DNA of 64,000 nucleotides. Source: the human T2T-CHM13v2.0 reference genome, Homo sapiens. Where the stretch lies: NCBI RefSeq assembly GCF_009914755.1, contig NC_060930.1. One strand, written 5' to 3'. Position 1 is the first letter of the stretch. Each line of letters begins with the position of its first letter. Made by a program: the position numbers and the translations under genes. The notes beneath the pieces are model-generated. The model ran no database searches and was not told the origin of the DNA. It worked only from the letters and a program-made list of their open reading frames with translations. This document shows positions 55,984 to 64,000 of this stretch, in pieces.

Positions 55984-57552
55984 CTGCTGGTGCCTGGAGA
56001 GTCATCTGCCCTGGGCTTCCGCATCCTCGTGTGTGCAGTGCTGTACCTGCTGGTGCCTGGAGAGTCATCTGCCCTGGGCTTCTGCGTCCTGGTGTGTGCA
56101 GTGCTGTATCTGCTGGTGCCTGGAGAGTCATCTGCCCTGGGCTTCCGCGTCCTGGTGTGTGCAGTGCTATATCTGCTGGTGCCTGGAGAGTCATCTGCCC
56201 TGGGCTTCCGCGTCCTGGTGTGTGCAATGCTGTATCTGCGGGTGCCTGGAGAGTCATCTGCCCTGGGCTTCTGCATCCTGGTGTGTGCAGTGCTGTATCT
56301 GCTGGTGCCTGGAGTCATCTGCCCTGGGCTTCTGCGTCCTGGTGTGTGCAGTGCTGTACCTGCTGGTGCCTGGAGAGTCATCTGCCCTGGGCTTCCGTAT
56401 CCTGGTGTGTGCAGTGCTGTATCTGCTGGTGCCTGGAGAGTCATCTGCCCTGGGCTTCCGCGTCCTGGTGTGTGCAATGCTGTATCTGCGGGTGCCTGGA
56501 GAGTCATCTGCCCTGGGCTTCTGCATCCTGGTGTGTGCAATGCTGTATCTGCTGGTGCCTGGAGTCATCTGCCCTGGGCTTCTGCATCCTCGTGTGTGCA
56601 GTGCTGTACCTGCTGGTGCCTGGAGTCATCTGCCCTGGGCTTCTGCATCCTCGTGTGTGCAGTGCTGTACCTGCTGGTGCCTGGAGAGTCATCTGCCCTG
56701 GGCTTCTGCGTTCTGGTGTGTGCAGTGCTGTATCTGCTGGTGCCTGGAGAGTCATCTGCCCTGGGCTTCCGCGTCCTGGTGTGTGCAATGCTGTATCTGC
56801 TGGTGCCTGGAGTCATCTTCCCTGGGCTTCTGCGTCCTGGTGTGTGCAGTGCTGTATCTGCTGGTGCCTGGAGAGTCATCTGCGCTGGGCTTCCGCGTCC
56901 TGGTGTGTGCAATGCTGTATCTGCTGGTGCCTGGAGAGTCATCTGCCCTGGGCTTCTGCGTTCTGGTGTGTGCAGTGCTGTATCTGCTGGTGCCTGGAGA
57001 GTCATCTGCCCTGGGCTTCCCCGTCCTGGTGTGTGCAATGCTGTATCTGCTGGTGCCTGGAGAGTCATCTTCCCTCGGCTTCTGTGTCCTGGTGTGTGCA
57101 GTGCTGTATCTGCTGGTGCCTGGAGAGTCATCTGCCCTGGGCTTCTGCGTCCTGGTGTGTGCAATGCTGTATCTGCTGGTGCCTGGAGTCATCTTCCCTG
57201 GGCTTCTGCGTCCTGGTGTGTGCAGTGCTGTATCTGCTGGTGTCTGGAGAGTCATCTGCCCTGGGCTTCTGCGTTCTGGTGTGTGCAGTGCTGTATCTGC
57301 TGGTGCCTGGAGTCATCTGCCCTGGGCTTCCGCGTCCTGGTGTGTGCAGTGCTGTATCTGCTGGTGCCTGGAGTCATCTGCCCTGGGCTTCTGCGTCCTG
57401 GTGTCTGCAATGCTGTATCTGCGGGTGCCTGGAGAGTCATCTGCCCTGGGCTTCCGCGTCCTGGTGTGTGCAGTGCTGTATCTGCTGGTGCCTGGAGAGT
57501 CATCTGCCCTGGGCTTCTGCGTCCTGGTGTGTGCAGTGCTGTATCTGCTGGT
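55984..57552. repeat. GC-rich VNTR in DUSP22 intron 3: 25 units (18 x 63 bp + 7 x 61 bp)
   Basis: Unit ctgctggtgcctgga(ga)gtcatctgccctgggcttc[c/t]gcgtcctggtgtgtgca[g/a]tgctgtat; 18x63+7x61=1561 bp matches 55984-57544. Confidence 0.97.
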
Positions 57553-60189
57553 AATTATGCAGATGGGATTGCCCTTGAGGGAGAGTCACTGGCAAATCCT
57601 GTCTACTACCATTTATTGAGCATCTACTGTGTTCTGGCACTGCACTTAGTATTTTTCACATGTCACATTGACTTTCCTTGTTTAAAGTCCTGTGTTCAAG
57701 GGAAATCCTTCTGTCCCTCTCTGCATCAGAGCAAAGGAGAATTGAGCACAGCTGCAGATTAAGAATGCTGCAATTCTAAGAAGGTGGTGTGCTGTATCAG
57801 ATGTCATTTAAATGGAGAAGACAAATGGGATGTGCAAAACAAGCTGTCACCATCAGAATGACTTTGTGCAATGGGACTGTCTAGACCGAGGCTTGGCACG
57901 CTTTGGCTGTCAAGGCCCAGGGAATATTTGGGGCTTTGGGGACTTCTGCTGCAGCTACTGTAGCCTCCACCATGAGGTGAGGGGCCACAGACAATACGTG
58001 AATCAGTGGGCACAGCTGTGCCCCGTGAACATGGGCCCTAGTTCACCCACCCTGGGCTTCGCTGTTGGGCAGCAGGAGCATTACTGAGAGGAAACTAAGA
58101 GCTTCCAGGAGCCCAGCCAGGTCTGAATCTTGGGGCTGGGTAGCCCCCAGTTTAATGCAGCCCCAGAAATGCCCAGCATCTTTGCCTTGTCTTTGCCTGT
58201 CATGGTTTTCTGTGTGGGAGCGTGCACTCACCACGTCCAGCAGAGCCCCATTTACAGCTGGAGGAGAGTGAAGGTGGAGGCCGGCCCGCACTGGACGGTG
58301 ACTCCAGGGCTACCTGCAGGTGCCGTGGCCAGCCTGGGAGCAGTGCTGTCAGGGCGCATTGGGTTGGTGGCCACATGTTTAAAATTCTGAAATGGCATGT
58401 CCCTCCTCATGCATTCCTTTCTTCATTTGGAACCGTTTACAGGAGAGAGGTGCCAGGAGACTGATAGATGATGACCACAGCCGTGGGAGTTCGAGGAATC
58501 TGGGGTCTAGTGAGAGAGACTGGCCCTTCACACGCAGTGCCAGTCCTCTGTGCCAGGGCCATGCGCCTGTGTGCTGCTGGTGGTGTGGGGGCCCAGCGTG
58601 GGGCTGAAGTCTGCTAAGGGGGAGGCCGAGGAGGTGAGGGAAGGCTCCACAGAGAGCCTGGTGGGTATGTCAGGGAGGTTTTACTGAGAAGAGCCACGCA
58701 GAAAGCCTATTCCAGAGAGAGAAAACCACAGGGACTTGGCAGGATGGCCGGGAGCAGGGAAGCACAGAACATGTGGGGAGACTAACAGCAGCCCAGGGTT
58801 GCTGGAGTTTGAGGAGCGAGGGGTGGTAGGAGGGAGAGATCATGGATGTGAGGTCAGGAAGGGGGTTGTGGACAGATGCTGAAGCACTGTGAAAATGGGT
58901 CTTCTCTACTTTGCAGACAGAGAGGAGCCACTGAATATTTTTCAGCAGCTGAGATGTGTGATCAGATAATGTTTGTAAGAGATAAATTTTTCCCTGGTGA
59001 TAGGTACAGAGAACACTCCTAGAATATCTGCTGCTGATTTCTAAGCAGCAGCTTTCACTCATGGCAGTTTTTTGAGATGGGTTGTTCAGGCTTCACCTTC
59101 ATTAAGTAATACCACGGAATGCCTTGGTCCCAAGTGACTGCTGAAACTGGCCCAGTTTTCATGAGTCACAATTGTGTACATCAGCAAGTCCTGCAGCTGA
59201 ACTGAAAGCACCCGGTAGGGCTTTCAGTGGTGAGACGGAGCTAGAGTGAATCTCCCTCACTGCCTTCCCATAACCCAGCCCGTACTGGCTGGAGGAAATC
59301 CAACATTCTGACCGTGCCCACTTTAGCCTTGCACTGAAATATCTTGAACAAAAATAAGCTTTTGAGTTCTCATCTGTTGATCTGACAAGTCAAATGCATG
59401 TCGGTTTTTGACTAACCTGAAAGAAGTCACAGGTGTTGGAGGTTTCTCATTTGCATGTTGTCTCACAGTATCAAACCAGAGGCTAAATCTTGTCTCTCCA
59501 CTCTGACCTCCTGCTCCCTCCCCGCCCCATCAGTACCACAGAGTTCTTGGAAGTTATTATTTGTAGTACGGTTTCCTAAATTTAGCTGATGCAGGAAGAA
59601 TCAGTGGCAAATGGGTGCTTTAAGAAAATACATCTTCAGTTTAGAACCTGGACTTAAAACATGAATAATGCAGCCTAACTAATGGAGCATATTTATCTGC
59701 CGTGGCGGCTTTCTGCAGTAATTTATTTGGGACTTTTGCTGTGATGCAAACAAAAAAGAGAGGAGAGGTCTTGTCTGCTGGACCTTGCCTATTTTTTGTG
59801 TTGACTTCCAGTACTTAGTCCATAGGCATACGTAAGTTTTTCCAGGTGTAATCTTCCTTGGGATGGGATTTCGAATTCTGCTTTTTCCCTTTAACCTTAC
59901 ATAATTTCTACAAATGTTATGGGCTATGTGAAAGTCATACCTGGAGGAGAAATAATCAAAATGCATGTGCCGCGCACCGAGCTGGGCTGCCACACACGTA
60001 AATGAGCATTCTCTTATGCTTTCTGTGGAATAAAGACACCTTGCAAAGAGGAGACAGCTCATCAAACCTGCAGGGTGCCTCAAAAAGCAATTTCAGGTTC
60101 CTGATTGCCATCTCCTGGGTCTACGATCTTCAAGAGTGTGGCCAGACGGTTTTCACAGTTTGCTTGCTGTCAGGTTTATATGAAAGTGC

Positions 60190-60722
<533 letters not shown>

Positions 60723-63700
60723 GTATAGAGAGAGGCTGTCTCCAATGAGAGAGTCTTCTGCTGTGTGTGTTTCTCATCATAGTGTTACAAGCTGTGACCT
60801 TGCTTCTGATCAGGGGAGGAGTGGTTCAAATTTAAATTTGGCTTTTAATTCTTTTTTTTTTTTTCAGGGTCAGGCTTCTGGGAATGTGGTGAAAGTCGCT
60901 CTTGAGAGTTCGCTGGCTGGTTTCGCTCAGTTGTTAATTGTGGTGGAGGGTCAGTGTGAATACAGAGTGTGTGTACAGGGGCCACACAGGCCGGTGAAGC
61001 AGGGCACCCGGCACCTCCCTCATGGGACTCATTTTCAAATAACAGACACCATTGCTGGAGGAGGACCCCCCTGGGCTCACCATACCGTCACTGCTGCCGC
61101 ACAGGCTGAGATGAGAAACCGGGGCTTCTAGTGGTGACATGTTTATTAGCAGCCAAAATGACGTTTCCATTGCGTGGTTTCCTGATCCTGGCCCTTAGGA
61201 ACTTGCTCTCCCCCTCCTTGTGTTTTGAAGAGGCTCCTGCAGGGATCCAGTTCTGTCCTGTAACTGGTTTCTGTTGGCTTTGAGAGGAGAGAGACATGGC
61301 TTCTGAAGGGTTTATCTTCCTTGTGCAAAGCAGAATGTCAGCTGGGCTCTTGAGAAGACTCTCCTTCTTACAACGCCTCAGAAAGAAAAGAACAGTGAAT
61401 GTTAGAAATCATGCTTGAAACAAGCGAGAGTTTGATCTCTTTCTTTACCAGTCGTGAAATCAGAACCTTGGCCCTGCTTTTCAGGGACCTGCCTCCGTAT
61501 CGTTTTAAGTGTAATCTTTAGTTTCAGGCCCAAAGAAAGGTAAAAACCTTACTTTTGGTGGTTACTATACTTGTTGAAACAGAAAACTGAAAAGTATTTA
61601 GAACTTTTGAGAAGATGGACTCAGGCAGCTCTAAGCTCTGGTTTGAAGAGCCGCTGGAAAACCTTCTGAACTTTCTTCTCCTCCAAGTGACGTCTGTTGT
61701 TTCTTTCAAAACCTAAACACAAAACCTTCACTAGAAAGCTGTCCTTAGCAGATCCCCCATCTCTCCTGCCTCTTTGCAGCATCTTCCAAATTTTTACATC
61801 ACGTGGTTTTATACCGGTTGTTCTATACTAATTGTTTTATACATGCTGCTTGGCGTTAGTAATATACGGTGTACACCTGGTCCCCTCAACACAGGTAGAG
61901 ACTGTTCCTTACTTCTTCCCCCTTTTCCTCTCCTGGTACTCACTTCGTCATGTTACGCCACTTAAAATGCCATCATCGCTGCTCTTTCTTTGTCCTCATA
62001 GAAATCATGACGGTCTTGAAGCAAACACAGAGCCCATTTTTCTTAACTGAGCTTGTTTTTGTATTTCAGTGTACTCGAGATTGAAGCACCGTAACTTGAC
62101 GTTTAATAGCCTCATAAAACTGTGATGTTAATTGGCTTTCCACCAATCCACTGTTTTGGAACATCGTGGAAAGTGCTGAATTCTTATTTATTTAGTGAGA
62201 CTTTTATTGCTACAGGAAGACAACCCATTTTATCTTTACTTTTTCAAATATTAGAGGTAGTATGAGGGAGTGAATACCTTACAGCAAACACTGTACTAAT
62301 GGAAACATTGCTGTTATCTTCATTACTTACAAATTTTTCAGATTGTTCTAGAATTTTTATTGCTTTTTTTTTAACTTCCAAGTTTGTTATACTTTCCATA
62401 ATTTATCTAAACTTATCCTGTCCTTTATTTCTATTTCTGTAAACTTCAAAACCGGAGAGTGGTCCTGTCTTGAGGACCTATTTGGTGAAACCATCTATTC
62501 CACATCACATTAAAACATTTGCAGAACTTATTCATTAGTACTAGGATACTTTTAAGTGGGCCAGCTTTCTTGTGGCACTGGGGGACTCATGCTGCTTTCT
62601 GAATTAGTAATTAACTGTCATGAATTGTACACATGTGCAGGTATCTGAAGCTGTTCTAAGGTAACTCAAATTCTGTAGTCTGTGGCTTGGGAGAGACTTT
62701 TCATGCTTTGTTAATAACTAAACCAAGATAAATAGATGTTCTTAGGTGGCGAGCAGCTGAACCTTTTTGACAGTTTTGACTCCTTCCTTGACTGAGTTTG
62801 CATATTCTTATTGTGGATCACGCCGACTGGCTCTCAGCTGCGTCCTGTTGCAGTGGCCAGGAGGGACGCTGGTGTCCCTTGAGCATGTGTGGGTGGCTTG
62901 CTGTTTGCATGGTGTGGGCTGAAGCCCAGCTCTCGTTTCGTGGTCACTGGCACAAATGATGGTGCTTTACAGTATTTTTCTTTCCTTGCACTCATCTGGC
63001 AGTGTGATCTTTGTGTTCATTGTTCTCATCCTCTGTCTCATCACTCTGCAGACATTTCAGTGAGTGCCTGCTGTGTGCCGGGCACCCTTGCAGGGAAGCT
63101 TGTTATCATTGCTGTTGTCATTCTGTCTTCAACAGAATATAATCTTGACTCAGGTTTTCTATTTTTATCTGTCCTGCCTTAGCAGCAGGTGGTCCCCAAA
63201 TTGTGGTTGGGAGCCATTTTGTTCCTCTTCAGAGGATTCACAGATGGGAGGCTGCAGCTCCACACGCCCACCCCAGCGACTGTGGGCAGGGGCCAGCATG
63301 GCCAAGAGCTGCCTCCTCATCCTGGTGGTTCCCAGATGGAGAGATAGCCTTTGCCGTCTTCCTGTGGGTAGATTCTCGTGCCCACCTGACAAGGTGCTCC
63401 TGCCTCATGGGACCAGCCTGAGTTGGTCCTTTTGCTCATCGGGTGCCACAAAGGGGAACACAACCACACATGGAGACTGCCCATAGGAAGCACAATACTG
63501 TCCAGTCCCACGGCTGGTATTTATAGCCAGCAAAGAGCTATTCAGCAGACCCTCTGTCCATTCTCTTCCTGTCCTTCTTTTTTTTTTTTTTTTTCTTTCC
63601 TCTTGATATATAGACTAGGCTGATTTTAGATTCTGCTGGAATAAAGTGGCTGTCAGTCAACATCTGGGGGACGCCGGCATTTCCATCTCGTCTTAAGCTT

Positions 63701-64000
63701 CCTTGCCAGATGGAAGTCGCTGACACTGAAGATGGCACTAGAAGGGAAGGTGGGAACTTGAGGCTCCTTCTGGTCTGTCTGGAGGTGCTGGTCTCCAAGG
63801 AGCGTGGAGGGAGAGTGTGGGAGGAAAGGATTTCACAAGCTTCTGGACTGATCGACTGCCAACTCTCACTTAAGAGTAAAAGGAAAGAAGTGAATGAGTC
63901 ATTTCAATGGTGGCTGCAGGAGGTGATCAATGTATGTGCATCTATACCAACAAGCTTGTTTGGCCTCCACGAAGGAAAGGACTGAAATTACTTTTAACAA

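Noticed and set aside
55984-57552. CRISPR-like array
   Set aside because: Contiguous tandem units with no unique spacers, no cas genes, primate context
55708-57762. 684/549/507-aa ORFs as protein-coding genes
   Set aside because: They arise from a stop-free tandem unit with frame-shifting 2-bp deletions, which argues against coding selection; kept only as a speculative finding

Overview
Primate DNA, almost certainly human, containing the 5' half of DUSP22 (JKAP/JSP-1, an atypical dual-specificity phosphatase) on the + strand. It has a CpG-island promoter (~22830-23780) and coding exons 1-3 (23476-23496, 35564-35597, 42813-42895). These splice to MGNGMNKILPGLYIGNFKDARDAEQLSKNKVTHILSVHDSARPMLE; the catalytic exons lie beyond the right edge. 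The first ~22 kb is upstream sequence rich in old L1, MLT1, Alu, MIR, L2 and MER elements, and the rest is intronic. Almost all entries in the supplied ORF track are chance, Alu, GC-rich or tandem-repeat artefacts. I see no evidence for a new multi-gene system. The most unusual sequence-level signals are four. (1) A 25-unit 63/61-bp intronic VNTR that is stop-free in all three sense frames and dense in YGCY motifs. (2) Three independent ~140-210 bp direct local duplications, each with the derived copy ~2.0-2.2 kb upstream of its donor. (3) A candidate in-frame alternative exon in intron 1 that could replace the myristoylation peptide. (4) A minimal uORF before the start codon. DUSP22 is known to lie in a human segmental duplication (6p25.3 plus a chr16 pericentromeric paralog), and I cannot tell which copy this is. 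Repeat subfamily names are recalled by eye and need RepeatMasker/Dfam confirmation.
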